A stretch of 63,799 bases of DNA, counting the filler, from Octopus bimaculoides (Eukaryota), in the NCBI RefSeq assembly GCF_001194135.2. It is 7 parts of 6 records of this genome, joined end to end, with 100 filler letters (N's around TTAATTAATTAA, not from the genome) between each part and the next. Parts side by side here need not be neighbours in the genome. Positions count along the whole stretch, not along the records: positions 49,250 to 57,012 come from NC_068984.1; positions 57,113 to 59,561 come from NC_068995.1; positions 59,662 to 61,892 come from NC_068981.1; positions 61,993 to 63,799 come from NC_069000.1; 3 more parts are not named here. One strand, written 5' to 3'. Numbering within the stretch: position 1 is the first letter of the stretch; every line of letters begins with the position of its first letter. The translations under genes and the position numbers were made by a program. Shown here one piece after another: positions 49,309 to 62,157 of this stretch. The notes under the pieces are model-generated. The model made no database searches. It saw nothing but the letters and a program-made list of their open reading frames with translations, and had not been told where the DNA came from.

Positions 49309-51360
49309 GTAGCTAAAAACGTAGTATACTCTTGTGAAATTATTATGGAAACTAACACCCTCACCTACCTTGGATACTCTTCATCCTGGAAATCTAGGTT
49401 TTATAACCACGGATTTTCGTTTAGACTCAGACATAAGGCTAATAACACCTCATTATCTCGTAGAATTTGGGAGCTTAAAGACAATAAGATTAATTTTAGC
49501 CTTAGATGGTCCATAGTTGGATCGGCCCCAACGTATAAAGATAATAGAACTGGTTGCCAGTTATGCTCCCTAGAACTATTGAAAATTATTAGATTCCCTG
49601 ATAAAAACAAGCTAGTTAATAAAAGATCAGATTTCAAACCTTCCTGTATCCATAAAATGATTAAAACCTTTAGATATTATAATCTCTAAGTCCTCTCTTT
49701 TAGTTATAAGCACTTCTAAACCTTCTCTCATTAGCAACTCCCACGTCAGATCCTACCTGCCACAATTTAGACATTGACTTAACGAAGCCTGTACTGTACC
49801 CCCAACCTAACTATGTACCTTAATAATTCAGTTTACCCTCGAATAGCTAGATTCTGACCACATAATATACACACATATTTAATAACCCGGGATCCATAAT
49901 CCCACCCTTACAGAAAAATTTCTAAACCTTTTAGTCACTGACTCAAAGCTTTCAAATGATACTACAATACACAAAAGTAACATAAAATAACACTAATCAC
50001 TGCAATGTTTTTATTTTTTAATAATATTATACTAGTTACAATTAGGAGATGAAAACCCAGACTTCTCTATATTTATACACCAATACCCACGATTATAGTT
50101 ATAGTTGACTATGCAATATAATTTACACTAATAGATAAACCGTAACTTCCTCTACCACAATATTCTTCTAATCAATGTACCGGTTTCAAACCACTATGTT
50201 TCTTTATATTTTTTTATTTTTTGCATTATTGTTGTGGGTGTTATTATTTCTTATCACTATTACATTATGTAATATAATATTACTATTATACTATATTACT
50301 ACAGTTGAAGTGTTCCCAATACTCTGTATTTTGAAATTTAACTTCCAACCCTAGTTCCCCCCCCCTCTTCTATATACTTTATAACCTTTTTCTTGTTGAC
50401 ATTTCCTAATTATTCATTGTTTTGGGTTTTATATGTTCTAATTACCATTTTCTGCTTTCATCACCCTTTTATTATCCTCTAGATAAGTGTATGTACCGAT
50501 ATAACAGATAAGTTTGTATACTTAAGTTGTAATTCTAAACTGACCACTCACCACAAGAATATCATATTTCAAGTTTACTTTAGCCTGACATATTTATTTA
50601 TGACCCACCACTGGTCTGGGCGGACACAGCTCATGAATGTCTGTCATTTACGACCTTTAAGATCTCTTTATCTATCTTTATTTATCTTCTTTTTCTACCT
50701 TTAGGTTTTTTTCTTATCCCCCTGCCTTTTAACTCTGTTATTTTATTCCTTTAATTTTATGTTTCACCGCCCTTCTCCAACCCCTCTAAATAGCTTATAT
50801 GTATCTTACTTTACTATCCGGATTTTCTCTTATTGTTTCTTAGATTACCCTCTCCACCGATTTGACTTCTATTATTTTTGTATTAATATCTATGTATTCT
50901 TTTTCTTCTTAGTATTTTATATTGTTTTAACCGCCAACTTCTTCCCTCTTTGGACACTCTCCTTCTACCTCATATAAGCTAGTATTGTTTATTTAGCATT
51001 CACTCTACACTGAATTGTGACACAATATGGACAGATCCGATGAACTTTTATGTAAATATATCAACTTAAAGATATTACAAGGTATATTACAATGGACAAT
51101 ACCAAGTGGACTCTCACTTTTTATCTCTCATGTTTCTCCCTCTTTTAATTTCTTCTTTGTGATATAATTCTTGGGAAAGAATATATTTGCGGCTGAAGAT
51201 AGCTTTATACTATCAATTATATACCAATAATGATGCAACAACTATAAAGCTTGAAACACGTGTACCGCGGAATCCTTTGTGTTTTGTTTTTATTTTTACG
51301 TTTTTGATTTATTCTTTCACCCCGGCCACGATCTGGCATACACAGGTGCTTACAATTATC
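49309..51360 (+). mobile_element. Penelope-like element A, 5'-truncated: GIY-YIG domain plus 1.7-kb 3' UTR
   Basis: NVVYSC..YLGY..SRFYNH..SF..LSRRIWELKD..W..CQLC..E (49309-49689). Hammerhead at 51189. Confidence 0.88.
51189..51268 (+). ncRNA. Type I hammerhead ribozyme motif with extended stem II
   Basis: GCGG-CUGAAGA-U-AGCUUUAUA..UAUAAAGCU-U-GAAAC-ACGU-GUA-CCGC. Perfect 4-bp stem I; palindromic stem III ACACGUGU. Confidence 0.82.
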
Positions 51361-51468
51361 NNNNNNNNNNTATAATTATGTGGAGAATGGAGAAACAAAC
51401 ACAAGAAGAAGCAAGTCAATTGGGTTAGTTAGCCATTGATTTAATTATGTGGAGATTATATAATGAGT

Positions 51469-51520
51469 CATTTACGATCGTTTCAATGTGCCAAATGGTT
51501 TGGCAGATCTCTTCAGAATG
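51469..51520 (-). ncRNA. Minimal type I hammerhead ribozyme (3' terminal repeat of PLE B)
   Basis: CAUU-CUGAAGA-GAUC-UGCCAAA-CCA-UUUGGCA-CAUU-GAAAC-GAUC-GUA-AAUG. All conserved core nucleotides are present; palindromic stem III ACGAUCGU. Confidence 0.88.
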
Positions 51521-51926
51521 TTGAGAAGTATGTTAAAGTTCATGGTGTGAGAGATGCAGGAGAAACAGTTAGTGGATATAGTAATGTGTATAGTGGTATA
51601 AGAATAGAGTTAGGTAAAGTTAGTCTTACATTTTAGTTGAAGTTGTGTTAATAGTCTTTCTGCAAAGGAGAGGTAGAGTGGGTGCTGTTCAAGCTCGTAG
51701 CTCCAATCTTGATCGAATGCATTTCGCACGTGGTTGTTTTTAGAATTCAGGCGTGTGTCTTTTACTTTTAGCACCGGCGGTGTTAGTAAAGGGGAGTAAC
51801 TCTAAGTTTTGGTGGAGGAGCTAACTCTGACCTTATTAATATTTGATTATAATTAATTATACTTAGAAAAGGAAAATTCTTTTTTACATATTTAATTATA
51901 CTTAGAAAGTGGAATGTATTACATAT

Positions 51927-54873
51927 TTAATTATACTTAGAAAATGAATATTTTGTAGTGTGTAAACAAATTCGGTTATTTTCATATCGGCTGTTTAAGA
52001 GATGCTTTCTAGCCATTAGGATTTTGAGGCGTTCAATTAGACAGAGGTCACAGCGTCTGTTAGTTGGGTTATAAGAATTTGCTGCTTTTAGTATATGCCA
52101 CTTTAGTTTATATTCTATCTTATTGTCCTTTAATTCCCAGATATAGTTACTAAGTCCTGTTGAATTTGCCTTTTTTCTATTTTTAAAGCTAGATTGGTGC
52201 TCATTGTATCTGAGGCGTATTTGGTTTTTCGTAGCGCCAATGTAAGATCTAATATGGCTGTTTGTGTGTACGTCGCATTGGTAAACTACATTTTCGGTCT
52301 TACATCTATTGGAGAAATTACATTTATTCCTATCTCTACAGCTACATAGATTATAAGGGGTGTCTATGTTTGTGTGTTGTGTGACCCTGTTGTTTTTTTG
52401 GTGTGTGTCTCTCCTAACAAGGGGTGTTGGATTAGGGTTGGGGTTAGTTCTATTAGTTGGACGGTTGTTAGTTTGGTTGTTCGTGGTCTTTCTACCTGTA
52501 TAGAATGCGTCTAATTTATTATTATTAATAGATGCTATGATGGTAACTAAGTTACATGTCAGGCTGTGACCTATTCTGATTTTGTTCTTAAATATTGCTG
52601 CGTATTATTTACATTTAGATGTTTATCTATTATGTTCATTAATGAACGGACTATGTTAGATTTGAGATTCATGGTGTAGGGAATAATTAGCCAGATCGTA
52701 TCCTTATTGTTCTTATTGTTATTACAGCTATCATAGCTGCCATCATAGCTGGGAAGGCTAGTGAGTTTGTCTTTATGGCTATCTAATTTATTTCTATAGT
52801 TAGGTTTATTTTTAATATGTGTCTTATCGGTTTTTGCTGTGTTAGTATTGTTAGGTTTTNNNNNNNNNNNNNNNNNNNNNNNNNNNNNNNNNNNNNNNNN
52901 NNNNNNNNNNNNNNNNNNNNNNNNNNNNNNNNNNNNNNNNNNNNNNNNNNNNNNNNNNNNNNNNNNNNNNNNNNNNNNNNNNNNNNNNNNNNNNNNNNNN
53001 NNNNNNNNNNNNNNNNNNNNNNNNNNNNNNNNNNNNNNNNNNNNNNNNNNNNNNNNNNNNNNNNNNNNNNNNNNNNNNNNNNNNNNNNNNNNNNNNNNNN
53101 NNNNNNNNNNNNNNNNNNNNNNNNNNNNNNNNNNNNNNNNNNNNNNNNNNNNNNNNNNNNNNNNNNNNNNNNNNNNNNNNNNNNNNNNNNNNNNNNNNNN
53201 NNNNNNNNNNNNNNNNNNNNNNNNNNNNNNNNNNNNNNNNNNNNNNNNNNNNNNNNNNNNNNNNNNNNNNNNNNNNNNNNNNNNNNNNNNNNNNNNNNNN
53301 NNNNNNNNNNNNNNNNNNNNNNNNNNNNNNNNNNNNNNNNNNNNNNNNNNNNNNNNNNNNNNNNNNNNNNNNNNNNNNNNNNNNNNNNNNNNNNNNNNNN
53401 NNNNNNNNNNNNNNNNNNNNNNNNNNNNNNTATGAATTTAATTTTATGGTTGAATCCTGCTTTATGTAGTGTGATGTTATAGGTTTCCTTATGCCTATTA
53501 AAAATATCTCGGTTAGAGGAGAGGCGTGATATCCTATTGCTTATACTATGTACTAAGCCTCTCTTAAGGAATAGCGGGTGGTTACTGGATGCGTTTATGT
53601 ATTTTAGGTTAGTGTTTGGCTTTATGTAAGGTTCATGGAGTCCTGTGGCTAGGTTGCAATTGGCGTCTAAGTAGTTTATGGAGGTGTGTTCATTTTCTAT
53701 AGAAATGGCTAGTACAAATCTTTTGAAGAATTTATGTAGGTTTTTCTTGATGAGTTCAAGTTTCCTATTAGAGGGATTTTTAACTACAAACAGCGCGTCG
53801 TCCCTGTATAAGCCACCGTTGAGATCTGGGAATTCCTCCTGTATGTAAGATAGCAAATATATGCCCACTAAGTCTGTTATCTGAGCTGAATCCGGGGTTC
53901 CCATGGTGATATCGAAGGAGTTTGGGGAGTCCTTACGGACCCAGAGTTTATTATCGAAGCTTATAACAGATTTCCTTGCTTCAAGTATTACATTAATTTC
54001 TTTCCTAGTTAGATGCGAGTGGTTTTTGGCGAATATTAGGGCACTATTTAGGATTGTGGGGTTAATTGAGGAGTAGTAGTCTACTATGTCTATGTGTATG
54101 AACTTATAGTTATTTGTGCTTGGTATTTTGGAGAACCAGTTTAGGGCTTCATATGTGTTGGACCATAATTCGAGGGAGAGTCTACTTTTTAGCGTAGGGA
54201 TGTACTTACCTAGTATTAGTTTACTTAATTTACATAAGTCTGATCTATTTGGGCATATTAATCTAACTTTAGTGTCTATAACGAAGTTAGGTTTATGGTC
54301 TTTTAGAGTGATTCTAGGTCTAAGTGGTACAAATGGCTCAGATTTTTCAGCTAAGTTATAGTCTAACATGATGTCCTTAGCTGCTAAGTTCATGGATTGT
54401 AAGGTGCTATCTGGTGCTACTTTATATTTTTTTGTTATTTCTTTGTGTAGCAGTTGGTGGTATAAGTTAATATCCATAGTATAAGAATTTCTAGTTTTGT
54501 CCGAGTGGACAATAATCCCATTCTGTGATTTTAGCTTGTGCAGGAGGTCTTTAAGGTATCTTTGGTAATTATTATTCCTTAGTGGGTGTCGCTTGAATTT
54601 AATGTTTTTGATGGTATTCCATACTTCGTTTTCAAATGTTTATAAGTGGCTGTTTAGTGGAGGAGTTTTCTTGGTCTTAAAGATTCCTTTGGTGAATTGG
54701 TTATTATTGCTGTGGTTCTGTGGCTCATTATGGGCATTTCTATCATAGAATAATGCCTTCCAACGCAAGCGGTGGGTGAAGTCGGTTATTTTGCTGATAA
54801 CTTCCTTAAGGTATACATTTTTGAGTGGTATTGGTATGTCCTTTAGAGATGCTTTTATTAGTATCTGCTCCAT
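51927..54873 (-). pseudogene. PLE reverse transcriptase / GIY-YIG endonuclease ORF, disrupted
   Basis: ATG at 54873, a single in-frame TAA at 54640, a gap at 52860-53430, a frameshift near 52615, terminal TAA at 51927. Confidence 0.9.
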
Positions 54874-55195
54874 TATTCAGTATGCGCCTGTTTAGAGCTG
54901 GCTAAGGCAGGCTTAGTCAGAGGTATGTAAATAAGTAAATGATAGGATTGCTTTAATATTTCAGGGGTAGTCTGAAGTATCTAAGCAACCAGGGGATAGT
55001 TAAATCCGAAGGCACTCCTGGAAATGACTTGTGTGGGTACCGTCTTCGTTAGGTATCCAGAGGCAGGTAATTTATTATTTAAACCGCAGTTTATAATTAT
55101 AATTATGTGGAGAATGGAGAAACAAACACAAGAAGAAGCAAGTCAATTGGGCTAGTTAGCCATTGATTTAATTATGTGGAGATTATATAATGAGT

Positions 55196-55247
55196 CATTT
55201 ACGATCATTTCAATGTGCCAAATGGTTTGGCAGATCTCTTCAGAATG
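55196..55247 (-). ncRNA. Minimal type I hammerhead ribozyme (5' terminal repeat of PLE B)
   Basis: Same as 51469-51520 except GAAAU (C to U, giving a G-U pair in stem III). Confidence 0.85.
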
Positions 55248-56443
55248 TTGAGAAGTATGTTAAAGTTCATGGTGTGAGAGATGCAGGAGAAGCAGTTAGT
55301 GGATATAGTAATGTGTATAGTGGTATAAGAATAGAGTTAGGTAAAGTTAGTCTTACATTTTAGTTGAAGTTGTGTTAATAGTCTTTCTGCAAAGGAGAGA
55401 TAGTGTATATATATGTATGTATGNNNNNNNNNNNNNNNNNNNNNNNNNNNNNNNNNNNNNNNNNNNNNNNNNNNNNNNNNNNNNNNNNNNNNNNNNNNNN
55501 NNNNNNNNNNNNNNNNNNNNNNNNNNNNNNNNNNNNNNNNNNNNNNNNNNNNNNNNNNNNNNNNNNNNNNNNNNNNNNNNNNNNNNNNNNNNNNNNNNNN
55601 NNNNNNNNNNNNNNNNNNNNNNNNNNNNNNNNNNNNNNNNNNNNNNNNNNNNNNNNNNNNNNNNNNNNNNNNNNNNNNNNNNNNNNNNNNNNNNNNNNNN
55701 NNNNNNNNNNNNNNNNNNNNNNNNNNNNNNNNNNNNNNNNNNNNNNNNNNNNNNNNNNNNNNNNNNNNNNNNNNNNNNNNNNNNNNNNNNNNNNNNNNNN
55801 NNNNNNNNNNNNNNNNNNNNNNNNNNNNNNNNNNNNNNNNNNNNNNNNNNNNNNNNNNNNNNNNNNNNNNNNNNNNNNNNNNNNNNNNNNNNNNNNNNNN
55901 NNNNNNNNNNNNNNNNNNNNNNNNNNNNNNNNNNNNNNNNNNNNNNNNNNNNNNNNNNNNNNNNNNNNNNNNNNNNNNNNNNNNNNNNNNNNNNNNNNNN
56001 NNNNNNNNNNNNNNNNNNNNNNNNNNNNNNNNNNNNNNNNNNNNNNNNNNNNNNNNNNNNNNNNNNNNNNNNNNNNNNNNNNNNNNNNNNNNNNNNNNNN
56101 NNNNNNNNNNNNNNNNNNNNNNNNNNNNNNNNNNNNNNNNNNNNNNNNNNNNNNNNNNNNNNNNNNNNNNNNNNNNNNNNNNNNNNNNNNNNNNNNNNNN
56201 NNNNNNNNNNNNNNNNNNNNNNNNNNNNNNNNNNNNNNNNNNNNNNNNNNNNNNNNNNNNNNNNNNNNNNNNNNNNNNNNNNNNNNNNNNNNNNNNNNNN
56301 NNNNNNNNNNNNNNNNNNNNNNNNNNATTAATATAATATTTGTAAATTTGAAAAATGAAATTAGTAGAAATAACTATATATATCATATCACACCCAGACA
56401 TATATACATACAAAACGTATTCCTTGCCTTTCTTTTTTCTCTT

Positions 56444-56825
56444 TCAAACATTTAACTTCACCGAAAAATTTTTTATGAAGCTTAGTTCCATTGCCTTTCG
56501 GTATTGTGGATCGTCTCGTGTACATTTATAAAAGGGAAAGATTTTGAACTTTCCGTCTCCGCATATTTCCATATGTTTACTCAATGGAATCATTCTTAGT
56601 TCTTCTTGTCGGATATGTTGCCTGTGAATTCTTGCACATTGGCAGAGTGCGTTATTCGTTTCACCAATGTAATTTTCTTTACAGTTTGGACAGGTGATGC
56701 AGTATATGAGATTTTGTGTTTTGCAGTTCATATCTGCATTTATTTTAAAAATAGATCCGTTCTTGAATTTTATGTGGGAACTACTTTCTATGTATTTGTA
56801 GTTGTTGGTATTGTTACACGTATAT
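56444..56825 (-). mobile_element. Penelope-like element C (Neptune-like) GIY-YIG 3' fragment
   Basis: KFKNGSIFKINADMNCKTQNLIYCITCPNCKENYIGET..RIHRQH..E. The Cys-flanked GIY-YIG differs from those of A and B. Confidence 0.85.
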
Positions 56826-56842
56826 GTATATATATGTGAAAC

Positions 56843-57012
56843 CGGATGGCAACACCAGGCTCCAATCTAATTTGGCAGAGTTTCTACAGCTGGTTGGCGT
56901 TAGGAAGGGCATCCAGCTGTAGAAACTCTGCCAAATTAGATTGGAGCCTGGTGTTGCCATCCGGTTTCACCAGTCCTCAGTCAAATCGTCCAACCCATGC
57001 TAGCATGGAAAG
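56843..57012. mobile_element. RTE-type tail fragments
   Basis: GGTTGGCGTTAGGAAGGGCATCCAGC..CCCATGCTAGCATGGAAAG, preceded by an inverted copy of part of the same sequence. Confidence 0.75.
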
Positions 57013-57112
57013 NNNNNNNNNNNNNNNNNNNNNNNNNNNNNNNNNNNNNNNNNNNNTTAATTAATTAANNNNNNNNNNNNNNNNNNNNNNNNNNNNNNNN
57101 NNNNNNNNNNNN

Positions 57113-57159
<47 letters not shown>

Positions 57160-58040
57160 ATATATATATAAATACATATTCATATATTCATACAATTATA
57201 CTTTTAAATTGTATATAACTATATACATAGACATATATATTATGCGTAATATGTGTGTGCATATACATATATATGTGTGTGTGCTTGTGTGTGTTTGTGT
57301 GTGTGTGTTGTAATCTTTCATCCCAGCTAACGTCTCTACCGTTCGTTATTATTCTCTTTTCTCTGTGAATACATATCAACATGTCTCTAAATTACTTTAT
57401 CAAAATATATAATTATCGTCATACGAAAACTGGTAAACAAAACTTTTGTTTGTCAAACCTATTTCTCTCTTTCTTTTTATATCCGTTCATTATTTTATAC
57501 TCTCTGCTTGTTCGTCCAAATTTTTCACGTTTGTTATCAGAATAAATAGTTCTTTGTCTTCTTTTCTCTTACAATTTGTTTCGTTACTATTTTTTATCTC
57601 TTAGTTCAGATCATCATAAACCATATACGTTTGTCGCCAATAAATTATAGCCATTTCTTATTGCTTTTCATTCTACACATGTTGTTTTTGTTAGCGGTTT
57701 TTGTTGTTATTTTTCGCCTATTTTTATGTTTGTGTCCGTTGTGTTTTTGTGATTTGGGAGGATTTTATTATTATTATTATTATTATTACTTCAGTGTTGC
57801 TCGATATGTTTGTTTGTCTTCGATTAGTTTTGATTTAGTTTGATTTGGTCAAAACATGCTTTAATTGCAAACCTTTGGTTTCTAATCTCTGACTAGCAAT
57901 AATTTGTATGGCACATGTGTGATTATACACATATATGTATATTAGCGCCAAGGCGTCTATACGTGCTTATATATATATATATATATATATATATGCATAT
58001 ATATATATATATACATACATATATATATACATATATATAT

Positions 58041-58101
<61 letters not shown>

Positions 58102-58659
58102 CAAGCATATATGTATGCATATACATATAGATATATATATATACATATATGTATGTATGAATACATATATACATACATATATACATACATACATACATAC
58201 ATACATACATAAAGACAGCTAAGTAGATGATAGATAGAAAGATAGACAAACAGACAAACAGACAAATATAAACTGTGATACGTTCAAATAAATACGTACA
58301 TATAAATATACGCGAGCGTAGAAGATGTCAAGAGAATTTAACTATTAAAGAAAATTTAGAGACAAACACACCCTAATGATAAAACTAGAGGTTTAATGAA
58401 ACAACCGAAACATTAAACACAGAAATTTAATGGATTTGCCAGGAAATATTTGGCAAACAATGATCTAAATTATGAACAGTTCCTTAAAAAGAATGTACGT
58501 TTAGCGTATAAGTGTTTGCTTTATTTTATCGTCTGTTTTTCTCAGTACGAGAAACGCTTGGGAATGTGTTCGGTACATGTGTGTGTGTGTGCGTGTATAA
58601 AAGGAGGCGAACAGACAGAACCGTTACTGCAACGGAAAAAATGGTTAGCGATATTTATT

Positions 58660-58990
58660 CCTACATATTCTCTTTTTACACTTTTTGCTTGTCCATGCTG
58701 GAGCACTGCTTCAAAGGTATTTTTTTTTCTTCTTTTCTTTAGTCGAAGAAATCAAGCCCAGGACTTATTCTTTGTAAGTCTAGTACTAATTCCGTCGGTG
58801 CCATTTTCCGAACCGCTAAGGTTACGGGGACGTAAACACACTGAAATCGGTTGTCAAGCGATGGTGTGGAGACGAATACAGGGACAAGACACACACTTAA
58901 ATATATATACACATATATATATATATATGCATATATACGACGGGCTTCTTTCAGTTTCCGTCTACCAAATCCACTCACAAGTCGTTGGTC
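58660..58990 (-). mobile_element. Abundant SINE, near full length
   Basis: Reverse of 10500-10826. Confidence 0.8.
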
Positions 58991-60073
58991 GGTCCTAGGT
59001 GTCACGCAGTTGGATTGAAACCAGAATCATGTGATTGGAAAACGACCTACAGATATATCTATATGTACGTATGTATCTATATATTGTATGTATATATGTA
59101 TGTACGTATGTATCTATCTATGTTTGTATAATGAGGCAAATATTATAGTTTGCTTTTCTAACGCTTTATTTTAAATTTCTTTGTATATTTTAATATTTAT
59201 TAACATTTTCGTCAGATAATCTAAACTTATATAAACTGATTTAATCATTTAATTGGCGACTGTATAGTGTCGTTCATAATACAGCTTGTCCACTTCAGTT
59301 TAGTTATATGAAGAACACAAGAATATATAAATATATATTAGAACGAAACGGAATATATTTTCTCTTTGAGAAAATAATTCTTTCATACGTTCTCCTGTGT
59401 ATTGCGTAACTTTTTTTGACCAACACTTTTTGCCAAAATATAAATATCCGCTTGATAAATTCGATGTAACACTAGATAAAGAAATTACATTTGACTGACA
59501 TGAAAACATATTTGATTTTGTCCGTGCTATATATAAGTACATGTGTGTATGGGGGGGGGGGNNNNNNNNNNNNNNNNNNNNNNNNNNNNNNNNNNNNNNN
59601 NNNNNTTAATTAATTAANNNNNNNNNNNNNNNNNNNNNNNNNNNNNNNNNNNNNNNNNNNNATATATATATATATATATACATATTTATATATATACATA
59701 TATATATACATATACATGCATAATATCAGCAGTAATTATGCTGACCACTTAGAACGTTTATCGTCACCAGTTATCTACGTGGCCAATGAGATATTTCCGT
59801 CTGCTCCGTTTAGACTACTTAACCGTCACAATTACAGCAGTATTTATGTAATAGCTTCTCTAGAGAAACTTAGAGACTATAAACTACAATAATACTTAAT
59901 GATGTCTTATCTCAACTATTGGCTCTATTTACTGACAAATACGGCTGAATTTTCTTTAAATAATATTCCCGCATTTCATATATATATATGCATATATATT
60001 TACAGACGTGCACACACATACACAAACATATACAGACACGTGCATATATATATATGTTTGTGTGTGTGCGTGC

Positions 60074-60141
<68 letters not shown>

Positions 60142-60928
60142 NNNNNNNNNNNNNNNNNNNNNNNNNNNNNNNNNNNNNNNNNNNNNNNNNNNNNNNNNNN
60201 NNNNNNNNNNNNNNNNNNNNNNNNNNNNNNNNNNNNNNNNNNNNNNNNNNNNNNNNNNNNNNNNNNNNNNNNNNNNNNNNNNNNNNNNNNNNNNNNNNNN
60301 NNNNNNNNNNNNNNNNNNNNNNNNNNNNNNNNNNNNNNNNNNNNNNNNNNNNNNNNNNNNNNNNNNNNNNNNNNNNNNNNNNNNNNNNNNNNNNNNNNNN
60401 NNNNNNNNNNNNNNNNNNNNNNNNNNNNNNNNNNNNNNNNNNNNNNNNNNNNNNNNNNNNNNNNNNNNNNNNNNNNNNNNNNNNNNNNNNNNNNNNNNNN
60501 NNNNNNNNNNNNNNNNNNNNNNNNNNNNNNNNNNNNNNNNNNNNNNNNNNNNNNNNNNNNNNNNNNNNNNNNNNNNNNNNNNNNNNNNNNNNNNNNNNNN
60601 NNNNNNNNNNNNNNNNNNNNNNNNNNNNNNNNNNNNNNNNNNNNNNNNNNNNNNNNNNNNNNNNNNNNNNNNNNNNNNNNNNNNNNNNNNNNNNNNNNNN
60701 NNNNNNNNNNNNNNNNNNNNNNNNNNNNNNNNNNNNNNNNNNNNNNNNNNNNNNNNNNNNNNNNNNNNNNNNNNNNNNNNNNNNNNNNNNNNNNNNNNNN
60801 NNNNNNNNNNNNNNNNNNNNNNNNNNNNNNNNNNNNNNNNNNNNNNNNNNNNNNNNNNNNNNNNNNNNNNNNNNNNNNNNNNNNNNNNNNNNNNNNNNNN
60901 NNNNNNNNNNNNNNNNNNNNNNNNNNNN

Positions 60929-60965
<37 letters not shown>

Positions 60966-61654
60966 ACACACACACACACACAAACACTCATACACACGCG
61001 CACGCACATGCAGACATAAAGTGTTTTCAGTCATTAATAGTCGTCTGAAAATTTGGAATTACCAAAAAATACGGTCACCTTCATTGTCTCTAAATATATA
61101 TCTTGGTTCGTCTAGATTCTAGACTCCAGAATCTTGATAACGCGATTGTCTTAAGTAGATCTTCAGCTCGTTCACTTGTGGCCCATGACCGTTTAAAACG
61201 TATGTCGAGAGAGCATTAAGCGGTCTAAGTGTCCTTTAAATATTATATCATAGAGGACTTGCCCTAAATTCTACTTTTGAATGCATGGAGAAAATAAATT
61301 GAAGTCATGTGTCTTGGTGGTTACAGTAATCGGGTCACGATTGTGAGTTCAATCCTCGGAATATGTAGTGGCGTTCATCGAAACATTTTATTTAACGTTG
61401 CTACATCCTCTCAGCTGATAAAAATGAGTTGTACCTGTAATTCAAAAGGGCCAACATTGGTATATTTTGTGTCACGCTGAATCTATCTCAGAACTATGTT
61501 ACGGGTACGCGAGTCTGGCAAGGCTTAGCCATTTTGACGTTAATTTTACGATCACCTGGAACCCTGGTCGTTGTCACCGACGGAGTCACAATTAAATTGT
61601 AAAGAAATAGTATATTACAGTTTATACATTATTTACATTATTTACATTTATTCT

Positions 61655-62157
61655 TTCCTTTTACTCTTTTATTTATTTCAGTCATTTGACTGCGGCCATG
61701 CTGGAGCACCGCCTTTAGTCGAGCAAATCGACCCCAGGACTTATTCTTTGTAAGCCTAGTACTTAGTCTATCGGTGTCTTTTGCCGAACCGCTAGGTTAC
61801 GGGGACGTAAACACACCAGTATCGGTTGTCATGTGATGTTGGGTGGGGGGCAAACACAGACATACAAACACACACACACATATATATATATANNNNNNNN
61901 NNNNNNNNNNNNNNNNNNNNNNNNNNNNNNNNNNNNTTAATTAATTAANNNNNNNNNNNNNNNNNNNNNNNNNNNNNNNNNNNNNNNNNNNNGCTGGTGT
62001 GTTTACGTCCCCGTAACATAGCGGTTCGACAAAAGAGACCGATAGAATAAGTATTAGGCGTACAAAGAATAAGTCCTGGGGTCGATTTGCTCGACTAAAA
62101 GGCGGTGCTCCAGCATGGTCGCAGTCAGATGACTGAAACAAGTAAAAGAGTAAAAGA
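61655..62157. mobile_element. Two SINE 3' halves in opposite orientation on either side of an assembly join
   Basis: 61655-61890 (minus) and 61993-62157 (plus) both match 10620-10826. Confidence 0.8.

Larger units (their letters stand above)
51371..55399 (-). mobile_element. Near-complete Penelope-like element B (RT + GIY-YIG) between 302-bp direct terminal repeats
   Basis: Repeats 51371-51672 and 55098-55399 differ at 3 positions that I could find. The ORF has SDKT.N.Y, IDIVDYYSSI, MGTPDS, YRDD, SNHP and a C-terminal NVVYQC..YIG..RYNEH..CDLC. Confidence 0.95.

Noticed and set aside
52783-54477. 564-aa ORF as one continuous protein ending at 52783
   Set aside because: The frame after the 571-N gap is arbitrary. 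The PLE-like linker (TIWLIIPY..IIDKH) is in a different frame and the real end is at 51927.
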